A stretch of 64,000 bases of DNA. Source: Antedon mediterranea. Its lineage: Eukaryota > Animalia > Echinodermata. Below are positions 40,625 through 55,600 of the stretch, one piece after another. Within the stretch, counting starts at the first letter, position 1; every line of letters starts with the position of its first letter. The stretch lies in the NCBI RefSeq assembly GCF_964355755.1, contig NC_092672.1:1984001-2048000 (forward strand), given 5' to 3'. The translations under genes were made by a program, and so were the position numbers. The notes under the pieces were generated by a model. It had not been told where the DNA came from. It saw nothing but the letters and a program-made list of their open reading frames with translations, and made no database searches.

Positions 40625-43600
40625 TTACATACTTTCGATGATAGATCTGCTTCGTACAACTGATTGGTTCTGTAAGAAAAAAACAAACAACTTATAACTT
40701 TTCTAAATTGTCTAAAGTTGTTAATGTTTCGCACGTTACCTAAAGTTTTCTAAAGTCCGCAAGTTTTCTAAAGTTTCCCAAGTTTTCGGAAGTTTTCCAA
40801 GTTTTCTAATGTCTCCCAAGTTTTCTAAAGTCTCATGTTTTCTGAAGTCTCCCAAGTTTTCTAAAGTCTCCCAATTCTTTTTTAAAGTTGGAAAAGTTTT
40901 ATAAAATAATCCTATTGTTTTCCATAAAGTTTCAGAAGTTTTCTAAAATAATGAATCTCGTACACAAATTCTGAAAATATCCCAAGATCCACGAGATTCG
41001 CACACAATCTGGAAGTCCCAAAAGGCCCGTTATAAATTAAACAACAAGCTTCTTTAGTGATATTCCAACATTTTTATGAATTAAATCGAGATACTGTATA
41101 TGATTTGTATGATAAATTTTTCTATTACATACCTGCATTTGGTTGGCTGATATAATGCTCTTGTTATTCATACGATCTACGGAACTATCGTTAGTTTTCC
41201 ACGGCATATAGACGGTATACGATTGCGGATACTTTGCTATGTTTGCCATGTACTTTTTGTTTAACTGTAAATCAACAGAGATGCATTAACCACTATGATT
41301 TACTATAATGACATTAAACAGTTTTCGAAATAGTACGCACTGACAATTATCATAAGTTTCTAAAAAATGAAAATTGTATAAGAACTATAAGTTGCATACT
41401 CGCGCGCGCACAATACATTATTTAAAGTTTGGTTTGTGTCTGAGATCACAATAGCAAGGGATTCGAAACTAGTATGATTTTCTTTTGTGTTGCACTTGCC
41501 GACAGTCTCGACGCCGTGGGCATCATTATGTCAACTTGCTGGGCTTAATCTCATTGGTTATCAGTGACTCCGTGACTTTGCGCCCGCGCAGTTTTATTAG
41601 TAGAAAATCAGTGATCCACAAAGAAAGTTTGCGAGAGAATCTCGCGGCGAATACGCCGATTAATGCACATGAATCCCTGTTAATAATACTTGTCTCAGTT
41701 AGTGTTGAGGACCCCAAGAGCACACGGGCGCTGGAAATATGATGGAATATATTAAAATAAAATAAATTGTAGAATGCAATAAATGACGCACACGCGTGCG
41801 ACTCAAGAGTGGTAATGACAAATTAAAAGCGATAATTCCAATGATCCATCGCTTGCGGCCGGCAGTCCATACGTTGCGACCCAATGAATAGTGACACAAA
41901 CCCTCTCAAAACGTACAGTGTTACTACACACACAACTTTTATAATAATGGTTGATAAAACAATAAAGTTTTTTTTTTTTTTTTTTTATTCAGTTGTCAAC
42001 CAACAGCGATGAAACCGCCACTAACAGGTTGAATAATAAATTGTAAACAATTAGAAACAATTAAGTTCATTGTGTATTGTTACGTCATCGTTGCTGCAAA
42101 CAATCAACCATCAAACATTCCATTTGTTTCAAACATTATGTACAATTTTGTCTGTGCGTGTTTTGTCAACATTAACAAAAAGATACCAATGCTTACCTCC
42201 CATTCGTGTTCCCATTTTAGATGGCTATAGTGTGCCTCTTTAGAGAAGATCCGCTTCAGTATAGCTTGATTTTCGTGAGTGACCCGCAGTAATTCTCGCT
42301 GACGCTTCGTTTTATTCAAACTTTAAAAAGAGATACTGGACATGAAATAATGACACGCAACTTCGACGAAATAATAAGAATGAATAAAAGCGTGTTATTG
42401 TTACGGATCGCATTCTACTCGTGAAAGCTATCTCACGACTGCACCTGGTTATTTACATACTTAGTGACGTCATTTCATAATAAATGATAAATCACGTATT
42501 GGATGAGGTTGTGGCAATTAAAATAAGGATATTATTATTATTAAAATATGATTCAAATTGTTAAAAAATAAGCTTTAAAGATGAATCATGAATAAATGTG
42601 TGAACACAAAAAAAAATATGAAAAAAAAAAACTATTTAACATAGCGAAATTGATCGTTAAAAAAAAGAATTGTGTTTGGCCATATCGTTCGGGCTACCAA
42701 TCGCATTCTATTCATGACCGCTTTCCCGTTACTACTCCACGTGGGAACTTTTGCGTTTTTCGAGTTACTCTCAGGAACTATAATATGTATTGGCATATTG
42801 ATGAAGTTTTTTTTATTAAGATTTTGTTTTGAAAATGCTACTTTAAAATGTAAAAAGAATGAAATAAAAGACAACAATAGTTCTTTTGAAAATTGAGGCA
42901 TTTGCCTATTTGAAGTAAAAAAAAATAAAAAAATAAAAGAATTGTGTTTGACCATATCGTTCGGGCTACCGATCGCATTCTACTCATGACCGCTTTCCCG
43001 TTAATACTCCACGTGGGAACTTTTGCTTGCTGTGTTGCCACCCTGGGCCAGTACGTTCCTCCTTAGTCAACCTGGTTGTCCATGCCTCCACTTGGCCAAC
43101 CATATCGACGCCGAGTTTAACGTGGACGTTCAATCGACATAGAACAACGACCGACACGATTCCCGAACTCATGCCATCCAACAATCCCGGCTTCCCGAGT
43201 CACTGGATTACAGACGCACGCCACAACGCCCAGCCGACAGAAACCAATTAATTAAGCACCTCGTTATTTACATACTGAATTTACATACTGAGTGACGTCA
43301 TACACGTCATCGAATTATCGAAAGGTCACTGGGTCGATTCGTTTGATTTTACGCTCAGCGCTGATGTATATTGAGATAGCTTTGTATAAAGAATTTTCTG
43401 CAAACATGGCTGCAATAAAAATAATGAAATAACATATGTATTTAGGCCTACTAGTAAAGTTAAAATAAAAAAAAACGGCACTAGATCGAGTTGTTACTTT
43501 TACGCTCAGGGACTATAATATGTATTGGTATATTGATAACGTTTTTCTATTAAGAATTTTTTTTGAAAATTCTACTTTAAAATGTAAAAATAATGAAATA

Positions 43601-46600
43601 AAAGACAATAATACTTAATAGTTCTTTTAAGATTGAGGGACGGGGCCTATTTCAAGTTCGTCCAAAAAAAAAAAAAAAAGAAAAAAAGAATTGTGTTTGG
43701 CCATATCGTTCGGGCTACCGATCGAATTCTACTCATGACCGCTTTCCCGTTACTACTCCGCGTGGGAACTTTTGCTTGCTGTGTTGCCACCCTGGGCCAG
43801 TACGTTCCTCCTTAGTCAACCTGGTTGTCCATGCCTCCACTTAGCCAACCATATCGACGCCAAGTTGTTTAACGTGGACGTTCAATCGACATAGAACAAC
43901 GACCGACACGATTCCCGAACTCATGCCATCCAACAATCCCGGCTTCCAGAGTCACTGGATTACAGACGCACGCCACAACGCCCAGCCGACAGAAACCAAT
44001 TAATTAAGCGCCTCGTTATTTACATACTGAATTTACATACTGAGTGACGTCATTATTCACGTCATCGAAATATTTAAACGTCACTAGATCGAATCATTTA
44101 CTTTGACGCTCAACGCCGACGTATATTAAGGAGGGTTTTCTATAAAAAAATTTCTAAAAATGGTTGCATTAAAAATAACGAAATAACATATGTATTTGCT
44201 ACTAAAGTTAAAATAAAAAACGTCACTATATCGAGTTGCTGCTTTTACGCTCAGGGACTATAATATGTATTGGCATATTGATGAAGTTTTTTTATTAAGA
44301 TTTTGTTTTGAAAATGCTACTTTAAAATGTAAAAAGAATGAAATAAAAGACAAGAATAGTTCTTTTGAAAATTGAGGCATTTGCCTATTTGAAGTAAAAA
44401 AAAAAGAAAAAATAAAAGAATTGTGTTTGGCCATATCGTTCGGGCTACCGATCGTATTCTACGAATGACCGCTTTCCCGTTACTACTCCACGTGGGAACT
44501 TTTGCTTGCTGTGTTGCCACCCTGGGCCAGTACGTTCCTCCTTAGTCAACCTGGTTGTCCATGCCTCCACTTGGCCAACCATATCGACGCCGAGTTTAAC
44601 GTGGACGTTCAATCGACATAGAACAACGACCGACACGATTCCCGAACTCATGCCATCCAACAATCCCGGCTTCCAGAGTCACTGGATTACAGACGCACGC
44701 CACAACGCCCAGCCGACAGAAACCAATTAATTAAGCACCTCGTTATTTACATACTGAGTAACGTCATACACGTCATCGAATTATCGAAATGTCACTGGGT
44801 CGATTCGTTTGATTTTACGCTCAGCGCCGATGTATATTGAGATAGCTTTGTATAAAGAATTTTCTGCAAACATGGCTGCAATAAAAATAATGAAATAACA
44901 TATGTATTTAGGCCTACTAGTAAAGTTAAAATTTAAAAAAATGTCACTAGATCGAGTTGTTACTTTTACGCTCAGGGACTATAATATGTATTGGTATATT
45001 GATAACGTTTTTCTATTAAGAATTTTTTTGGAAAATTCTACTTTAAAATGTAAAAATAATGAAATAAAAGACAATAATACTTAATAGTTCTTTTAAGATT
45101 GAGGGACGGGCCTATTTCAAGTTCGTCCAAAAAAAAAAAAAAGAAGAAAAAAAGAATTGTGTTTGGCCATATCGTTCGGGCTACCGATCGCATTCTACTC
45201 ATGACCGCTTTCCCGTTACTACTCCACGTGGGAACTTTTGCTTGCTGTGTTGCCACCCTGGGCCAGTACGTTCCTCCTTAGTCAACCTGGTTGTCCATGC
45301 CTCCACTTGGCCAACCATATCGACGCCGAGTTGTTTAACGTGGACGTTCAATCGACATAGAACAACGACCGACACGATTCCCGAACTCATGTCATCCAAC
45401 AATCCCGGCTTCCGGAGTCACTGGATTACAGACGCACGCCACAACGCCCAGCCGACAGAAACCAATTAATTAAGCACCTCGTTATTTACATAGTGAATTT
45501 ACATACTGAGTGACGTCATTATTCACGTCATCGAAATATTTAAACGTCACTAGATCGAATCATTTACTTTGACGCTCAACGCCGAGGTATATTAAGGAGG
45601 TTTTTCTATAAAGAATTTTCTACAAATGGATGCAATAAAAATAATGAAATAACATATGTATTTGCTACTAAAGTTAAAATAAAAAAAGTCACTATATCGA
45701 GTTGTTGCTTTTACGCTCAGGGACATATGTATTAGCATATTGATGAAGTTTTTTTTTATTAAGATTTTGTTTTGAAAATGCTACTTTAAAATGTAAAAAG
45801 AATGAAATAAAAGACAATATTAGTTCTTTTGAAAATTGAGGCATTTGCCTATTTGAAGTAAAAAAAAAATAATAAAAAAAAAATTGTGTTTGACCATATC
45901 GTTCGGGATACCGTTCGCATTCTACTCATGACCGCTTTCCCGTTACTACTCCACGTGGGAACTTTTGCTTGCTGTGTTGCCACCCTGGGCCAGTACGTTC
46001 CTCCTTAGTCAACCTGGTTGTCCATGCCTCCACTTGGCCAACCATATCGACGCCGAGTTTAACGTGGACGTTCAATCGATATACAACAACGACCGACACG
46101 ATTCCCGAACTCATGCCATCCGACAATCCCGGCTTCCAGAGTCACTGGATTACAGACGCACGCCACAACGCCCAGCCGACAGAAACCAATTAATTTAGCG
46201 CCTCGTTATTTACATACTGAATTCACATACTGAATGACGTCATTATTCACGTCATCGAAATATTTAAACGTCACTATAAGATCGAGTCATTTACTTTGAC
46301 GCTCAACGCCGAGGTATATTAAGGAGGTTTTTCTATAAAGAATTTTCTACAAATGGATGCAATAAAAATAATGAAATAACATATGTATTTGCTTCTAAAG
46401 TTAAAATAAAAAACGTCACTATATCGAGTTGTTGCTTTCACGCTCAGGGACTATAATATGTATTGGCATATTGATGAAGTTTTTTTTATTAAGATTTTGT
46501 TTTGAAAATGCTACTTTAAAATGTAAAAAGAATGAAATAAAAGACAAGAATAGTTCTTTTGAAAATTGAGGCATTTGCCTATTTGAAGTAAAAAAAAAAA

Positions 46601-49600
46601 AAATAAATAAAGAATTGTGTTTGACCATATCATTCGGGCTACTCCACGTGGGAAGTTTTGCTTGCTGTGTTGCCACCCTGGGCCAGTACGTTCCTCCTTA
46701 GTCAACCTGGTTGTCCATGCCTCCACTTGGCCAACCATATCGACGCCGAGTTTAACGTGGACGTTCAATCGATATACAACAACGACCGACACGATACCCA
46801 AACTCATGCCATCCAACAATCCCGGCTTCCAGAGTCACTGGATTACAGACGCACGCCACAACGCCCAGCCGACAGAAACCAATTAATTAAGCGCCTCGTT
46901 ATTTACATACTGAATTTACATACTGAGTGACGTCATTATTCACGTCATCGAAATATTTAAACGTCACTAGATCGAGTCATTTACTTTGACTCTCAACGCC
47001 GAAGTATATAAGGAGGTTTTTCTATAATGAATTTTCTAAAAATGGCTGCATTAAAAATAATGAAATAACATATGTATTTGCTTCTAAAGTTAAAATAAAA
47101 AACGTCACTATATCGAGTTGTTGCTTTTACGCTCAGGGACTATAATATGTATTGGCATATTGATGAAGTTTTTTTTTTATTAAGATTTTGTTTTGAAAAT
47201 GCTACTTTAAAATGTAAAAATAATGAAATAAAAGACAACAATAGTTCTTTTGAAAATTGAGGCATTTGCCTATTTGAAGTAAAAAAAAAATAAGAAAAAA
47301 AAAGAATTGTGTTTGGCCATATCGTTCGGGATACCGATCGCATTCTACTCATGACCGCTTTCCCGTTACTACTCCACGTGGGAACTTTTGCTTGCTGTGT
47401 TGCCTCCCTGGGCCAGTACGTTCCTCCTTAGTCAACCTGGTTGTCCATGCCTCCACTTGGCCAACCATATCGACGCCGAGTTTAACGTGGACGTTCAATC
47501 GACATAGAACAACGACCGACACGATTCCCGAACTCATGCCATCCAACAATCCCGGCTTCCAGAGTCACTGGATTACAGACGCACGCCACAACGCCCAGCC
47601 GACAGAAACCAATTAATTAAGCGCCTCGTTATTTACATACTGAATTTACATACTGAGTGACGTCATACACGTCATCGAATTATCGAAATGTCACTGGGTC
47701 GATTCGTTTGATTTTACGCTCAGCGCCGATGTATATTGAGATAGCTTTGTATAAAGAATTTTCTGCAAACATGGCTGCAATAAAAATAATGAAATAACAT
47801 ATGTATTTAGGCCTACTAGTAAAGTTAAAATAAAAAAAACGTCACTAGATCGACTTGTTACTTTTATGCTCAGGGACTATAATATGTAGTGGTATATTGA
47901 TAACGTTTTTCTATTAAGAATTTTTTTGGAAAATTCTACTTTAAAATGTAAAAATAATGAAATAAAAGACAATAATACTTAATAGTTCTTTTAAGATTGA
48001 GAGACGGGGCCTATTTCAAGTTCGTCCAAAAAAAAAAAGAAGAAAAAAAGAATTGTGTTTGGCCATATCGTTCGGGCTACCGATCGCATTCTACTCATGA
48101 CCGCTTTCCCGTTACTACTCCACGTGGGAACTTTTGCTTGCTGTGTTGCCACCCTGGGCAAGTACGTTCCTCCTTAGTCAACCTGGTTGTCCATGCCTCC
48201 ACTTAGCCAACCATATCGACGCCGAGTTGTTTAACGTGGACGTTCAATCGACATAGAACATCGACCGACACGATTCCCGAACTCATGTCATCCAACAATC
48301 CCGGCTTCCAGAGTCACTGGATTACAGACGCACGCCACAACGCCCAGCCGACAGAAACCAATTAATTAAGCGCCTCGTTATTTACATACTGAATTTACAT
48401 ACTGAGTGACGTCATTATTCACGTCATCGAAATATTTAAACGTCACTATAAGATCGAGTCATTTACTTTGACGCTCAACGCCGAGGTATATTAAGGAGGT
48501 TTTTCTATAAAGAATTTTCTACAAATGGATGCAATAAAAATAATGAAATAACATATGTATTTGCTACTAAAGTTAAAATAAAAAACGTCACTATATCGAG
48601 TTGTTGCTTTTACGCCCAGGGACTATAATATGTATTAGCATATTGATGAAGTTTTTTTTTATTAAGATTTTGTTTTGAAAATTCTACTTTAAAATGTAAA
48701 AAGAATGAAATAAAAGACAATATTAGTTCTTTTGAAAATTGAGGCATTTGCCTATTTGAAGTAAAAAAAAAATAATAAAAAAAAGAATTGTGTTTGGCCA
48801 TATCGTTCGGGATACCGTTCGCATTCTACTCATGACCGCTTTCCCGTTACTACTCCACGTGGGAACTTTTGCTTGCTGTGTTGCCACCCTGGGCCAGTAC
48901 GTTCCTCCTTAGTCAACCTGGTTGTCCATGCCTCCACTTGGCCAACCATATCGACGCCGAGTTTAACGTGGACGTTCAATCGATATACAACAACGACCGA
49001 CACGATACCCAAACTCATGCCATCCGACAATCCCGGCTTCCAGAGTCACTGGATTACAGACGCACGCCACAACGCCCAGCCGACAGAAACCAATTAATTT
49101 AGCGCCTCGTTATTTACATACTGAATTCACATACTGAATGACGTCATTATTCACGTCATCGAAATATTTAAACGTCACTATAAGATCGAGTCATTTACTT
49201 TGACGCTCAACGCCGAGGTATATTAAGGAGGTTTTTCTATAAAGAATTTTCTACAAATGGATGCAATAAAAATAATGAAATAACATATGTATTTGCTTCT
49301 AAAGTTAAAATAAAAAAACGTCACTATATCGAGTTGTTGCTTTCACGCTCAGGGACTATAATTTATGTATTGGCATATTGATGAAGTTTTTTTTATTAAG
49401 ATTTTGTTTTGAAAATTCTACTTTAAAATGTAAAAATAATGAAATAAAAGACAATAATACTTAATAGTTCTTTTAAGATTGAGGGACGGGCCTATTTCAA
49501 GTTCGTCCAAAAAAAAAAAGAAGAAAAAAAGAATTGTGTTTGGCCATATCGTTCGGGCTACCGATCGCATTCTACTCATGACCGCTTTCCCGTTACTACT

Positions 49601-52600
49601 CCGCGTGGGAACTTTTGCTTGCTGTGTTGCCACCCTGGGCCAGTACGTTCCTCCTTAGTCAACCTGGTTGTCCATGCCTCCACTTGGCCAACCATATCGA
49701 CGCCGAGTTGTTTAACGTGGACGTTCAATCGACATAGAACAACGACCGACACGATTCCCGAACTCATGCCATCCAACAATCCCGGCTTCCAGAGTCACTG
49801 GATTACAGACGCACGCCACAACGCCCAGCCGACAGAAACCAATTAATTAAGCGCCTCGTTATTTACATACTGAATTTACATACTGAGTGACGTCATTATT
49901 CACGTCATCGAAATATTTAAACGTCACTAGATCGAGTCATTTACTTTGACTCTCAACGCCGAGGTATATAAGGAGGTTTTTCTATAAAGAATTTTCTAAA
50001 AATGGTTGCATTAAAAATAATGAAATAACATATGTATTTGCTACTAAAGTTAAAATAAAAAACGTCACTATATCGAGTTGTTGCTTATTACGCTCAGGGA
50101 CTATAATATGTATTAGCATATTGATGAAGTTTTTTTTATTAAGATTTTGTTTTGAAAATGCTACTTTAAAATGTAAAAAGAATGAAATAAAAGACAACAA
50201 TAGTTCTTTTGAAAATTGAGGCATTTGCCTATTTGAAGTAAAAAAAAATAAGAAAAAAAAAGAATTGTGTTTGGCCATATCGTTCGGGATACCGATCGCA
50301 TTCTACTCATGACCGCTTTCCCGTTACTACTCCACGTGGGAACTTTTGCTTGCTGTGTTGCCACCCTGGGCCAGTACGTTCCTCCTTAGTCAACCTGGTT
50401 GTCCATGCCTCCACTTGGCCAACCATATCGACGCCGAGTTTAACGTGGACGTTCAATCGACATAGAACAACGACCGACACGATTCTCGAACTCATGCCAT
50501 CCAACAATCCCGGCTTCCAGAGTCACTGGATTACAGACGAACGCCACAACGCCCAGCCGACAGAAACCAATTAATTAAGCACCTCGTTATTTACATAGTG
50601 AATTTACATACTGAGTGATGTCATACACGTCATCGAATTATCGAAACGTCACTGGGTCGATTCGTTTGATTTTACGCTCAGCGCCGATGTATATTGAGAT
50701 AGCTTTGTATAAAGAATTTTCTGCAAACATGGCTGCAATAAAAATAATGAAATAACATATGTATTTAGGCCTACTACTAAAGTTAAAATAAAAAAAAAAC
50801 GTCACTAGATCGAGTTGTTACTTTTACGCTCAGGGACTATAATATGTATTGGTATATTGATAACGTTTTTCTATTAAGAATTTTTTTTGAAAATTCTACT
50901 TTAAAATGTAAAAATAATGAAATAAAAGACAATAATACTTAATAGTTCTTTTAAGATTGAGGGACGGGGCCTATTTCAAGTTCGTCCAAAAAAAAAGAAG
51001 AATTGTGTTTGGCCATATCGTTCGGGCTACCGATCGCATTCTACTTATGACCGCTTTCCCGTTACTACTCCGCGTAGGAACTTTTGCTTGCTGTGTTGCC
51101 ACCCTGGGCCAGTACGTTCCTCCTTAGTCAACCTGGTTGTCCATGCCTCCACTTGGCCAACCATATCGACGCCGAGTTGTTTAACGTGGACGTTCAATCG
51201 ACATAGAACAACGACCGACACGATTCCCGAACTCATGCCATCCAACAATCCCGGCTTCCAGAGTCACTGGATTACAGACGCACGCCACAACGCCCAGCCG
51301 ACAGAAACCAATTAATTAAGCGCCTCGTTATTTACATACTGAATTTACATACTGAGTGACGTCATTATTCACGTCATCGAAATATTTAAACGTCACTAGA
51401 TCGAGTCATTTACTTTGACTCTCAACGCCGAGGTATATAAGGAGGTTTTTCTATAAAGAATTTTCTAAAAATGGCTGCATTAAAAATAATGAAAAAACAT
51501 ATGTATTTGCTACTAATGTTAAAATAAAAAACGTCACTATATCCAGTTGTTGCTTTTACGCTCAGGGACTATAATATGTATTAGCATATTGATGAAGTTT
51601 TTTTTATTAAGATTTTGTTTTGAAAATGCTACTTTAAAATGTAAAAAGAATGAAATAAAAGACAACAATAGTTCTTTTGAAAATTGAGGCATTTGCCTAT
51701 TTGAAGTAAAAAAAAAATAAAAAATAAAAGAATTGTGTTTGACCATATCGTTCGGGCTACCGATCGCATTCTACTCATGACCGCTTTCCCGTTAATACTC
51801 CACGTGGGAACTTTTGCTTGCTGTGTTGCCACCCTGGGCCAGTACGTTCCTCCTTAGTCAACCTGGTTGTCCATGCCTCCACTTGGCCAACCATATCGAC
51901 GCCGAGTTTAACGTGGACGTTCAATCGACATAGAACAACGACCGACACGATTCCCGAACTCATGCCATCCAACAATCCCGGCTTCCAGAGTCACTGGATT
52001 ACAGACGCACGCCACAACGCCCAGCCGACAGAAACCAATTAATTAAGCGCCTCGTTATTTACATACTGAATTTACATACTGAGTGACGTCATACACGTCA
52101 TCGAATTAACGAAATGTCACTGGGTCGATTCGTTTGATTTTACGCTCAGCGCCGATGTATATTGAGATAGCTTTGTATAAAGAATTTTCTGCAAACATGG
52201 CTGCAATACAAATAATGAAATAACATATGAATTTAGGCCTACTAGTAAAGTTAAAATAAAAAAAACGTCACTACATCGACTTGTTACTTTTACGCTCAGG
52301 GACTATAATATGTATTGGTATATTGATAACGTTTTTCTATTAAGAATTTTTTTGGAAAATTCTACTTTAAAATGTAAAAATAATGAAATAAAAGACAATA
52401 ATACTTAATAGTTCTTTTAAGATTAAGGGACGGGGCCTATTTCAAGTTCGTCCAAAAAAAAAAGAAGAAAAAAAGAATTGTGTTTGGCCATATCGTTCGG
52501 GCTACCGATCGCATTCTACTCATGACCGCTTTCCCGTTACTACTCCACGTGGGAACTTTTGCTTGCTGTGTTGCCACCCTGGGCCAGTACGTTCCTCCTT

Positions 52601-55600
52601 AGTCAACCTGGTTGTCCATGCCTCCACTTGGCCAACCATATCGACGCCGAGTTGTTTAACGTGGACGTTCAATCGACATAGAACAACGACCGACACGATT
52701 CCCGAACTCATGCCATCCAACAATCCCGGCTTCCAGAGTCACTGGATTACAGACGCACGCCACAACGCCCAGCCGACAGAAACCAATTAATTAAGCGCCT
52801 CGTTATTTACATACTGAATTTACATACTGAGTGACGTCATTATTCACGTCATCGAAATATTTAAACGTCACTAGATCGAGTCATTTACTTTGACTCTCAA
52901 CGCCGAAGTATATAAGGAGGTTTTTCTATAATGAATTTTCTAAAAATGGCTGCATTAAAAATAATGAAATAACATATGTATTTGCTACTAAAGTTAAAAT
53001 AAAAAACGTCACTATATCGAGTTGTTGCTTTTACGCTCAGGGACTATAATATGTATTGGCATATTGATGAAGTTTTTTTTTTATTAAGATTTTGTTTTGA
53101 AAATGCTACTTTAAAATGTAAAAATAATGAAATAAAAGACAACAATAGTTCTTTTGAAAATTGAGGCATTTGCCTATTTGAAGTAAAAAAAAAAAATAAG
53201 AAAAAAAAAGAATTGTGTTTGGCCATATCGTTCGGGATACCGATCGCATTCTACTCATGACCGCTTTCCCGTTACTACTCCACGTGGGAACTTTTGCTTG
53301 CTGTGTTGCCACCCTCGGCCAGTACGTTCCTCCTTAGTCAACCTGGTTGTCCATGCCTCCACTTGGCCAACCATATCGACGCCGAGTTGTTTAACGTGGA
53401 CGTTCAATCGACATAGAACAACGACCGACACGATTCCCGAACTCATGCCATCCAACAATCCCGGCTTCCAGAGTCACTGGATTACAGACGCACGCCACAA
53501 CGCCCAGCCGACAGAAACCAATTAATTAAGCGCCTCGTTATTTACATACTGAATTTACATACTGAGTGACGTCATTATTCACGTCATCGAAATATTTAAA
53601 CGTCACTAGATCGAGTCATTTACTTTGACTCTCAACGCCGAAGTATATAAGGAGGTTTTTCTATAATGAATTTTCTAAAAATGGCTGCATTAAAAATAAT
53701 GAAATAACATATGTATTTGCTACTAAAGTTAAAATAAAAAACGTCACTATATCGAGTTGTTGCTTTTACGCTCAGGGACTATAATATGTATTGGCATATT
53801 GATGAAGTTTTTTTTTTATTAAGATTTTGTTTTGAAAATGCTACTTTAAAATGTAAAAATAATGAAATAAAAGACAACAATAGTTCTTTTGAAAATTGAG
53901 GCATTTGCCTATTTGAAGTAAAAAAAAAAAATAAGAAAAAAAAAGAATTGTGTTTGGCCATATCGTTCGGGATACCGATCGCATTCTACTCATGACCGCT
54001 TTCCCGTTACTACTCCACGTGGGAACTTTTGCTTGCTGTGTTGCCACCCTCGGCCAGTACGTTCCTCCTTAGTCAACCTGGTTGTCCATGCCTCCACTTG
54101 GCCAACCATATCGACGCCGAGTTTAACGTGGACGTTCAATCGACATAGAACAACGACCGACACGATTCCCGAACTCATGCCATCCAACAATCCCGGCTTC
54201 CAGAGTCACTGGATTACAGACGCACGCCACAACGCCCAGCCGACAGAAACCAATTAATTAAGCACCTCGTTATTTACATACTGAATTTACATACTGAGTG
54301 ATGTCATACACGTCATCGAATTATCGAAACGTCACTTGGTCGATTCGTTTGATTTTACGCTCAGCGCCGATGTATATTGAGATAGCTTTGTAATAAAGAA
54401 TTTTCTGCAAACATGGCTGCAATAAAAATAATGAAATAACATATGTATTTAGGCCTACTACTAAAGTTAAAATAAAAAAAAACGTCACTAGATCGAGTTG
54501 TTACTTTTACGCTCAGGGACTATAATATGTATTGGTATATTGATAACGTTTTTCTATTAAGAATTTTTTTTGAAAATTCTACTTTAAAATGTAAAAATAA
54601 TGAAATAAAAGACAATAATACTTAATAGTTCCTTTAAGATTGAGGGACGGGGCCTATTTCAAGTTCGTCCAAAAAAAAAGAAGAATTGTGTTTGGCCATA
54701 TCGTTCGGGCTACCGATCGCATTCTACTCATGACCGCTTTCCCGTTACTACTCCACGTGGGAACTTTTGCTTGCTGTGTTGCCACCCTGGGCCAGTACGT
54801 TCCTCCTCAGTCAACCTGGTTGTCCATGCCTCCACTTGGCCAACCATATTGACGCCGAGTTTAACGTGGACGTTCAATCGATATACAACAACGACCGACA
54901 CGATTCCCGAACTCATGTCATCCAACAATCCCGGCTTCCAGAGTCACTGGATTACAGACGCACGCCACAACGCCCAGCCGACAGAAACCAATTAATTAAG
55001 CACCTCGTTATTTACATACTGAATTTACATACTGAGTGACGTCATTATTCACGTCATCGAAATATTTAAACGTCACTAGATCGAGTCATTTACTTTGACT
55101 CTCAACGCCGAGGTATATAAGGAGGTTTTTCTATAAAGAATTTTCTAAAAATGGTTGCATTAAAAATAATGAAATAACATATGTATTTGCTACTAAAGTT
55201 AAAATAAAAAACGTCACTATATCGAGTTGTTGCTTATTACGCTCAGGGACTATAATATGTATTAGCATATTGATGAAGTTTTTTTTATTAAGATTTTGTT
55301 TTGAAAATGCTACTTTAAAATGTAAAAAGAATGAAATAAAAGACAACAATAGTTCTTTTGAAAATTGAGGCATTTGCCTATTTGAAGTAAAAAAAAAAGA
55401 AAAAATAAAAGAATTGTGTTTGACCATATCATTCGGGCTACCGATCGCATTCTACTCATGACCGCTTTCCCGTTACTACTCCGCGTGGGAACTTTTGCTT
55501 GCTGTGTTGCCACCCTGGGCCAGTACGTTCCTCCTTAGTCAACCTGGTTGTCCATGCCTCCACTTGGCCAACCATATCGACGCCGAGTTTAACGTGGACG

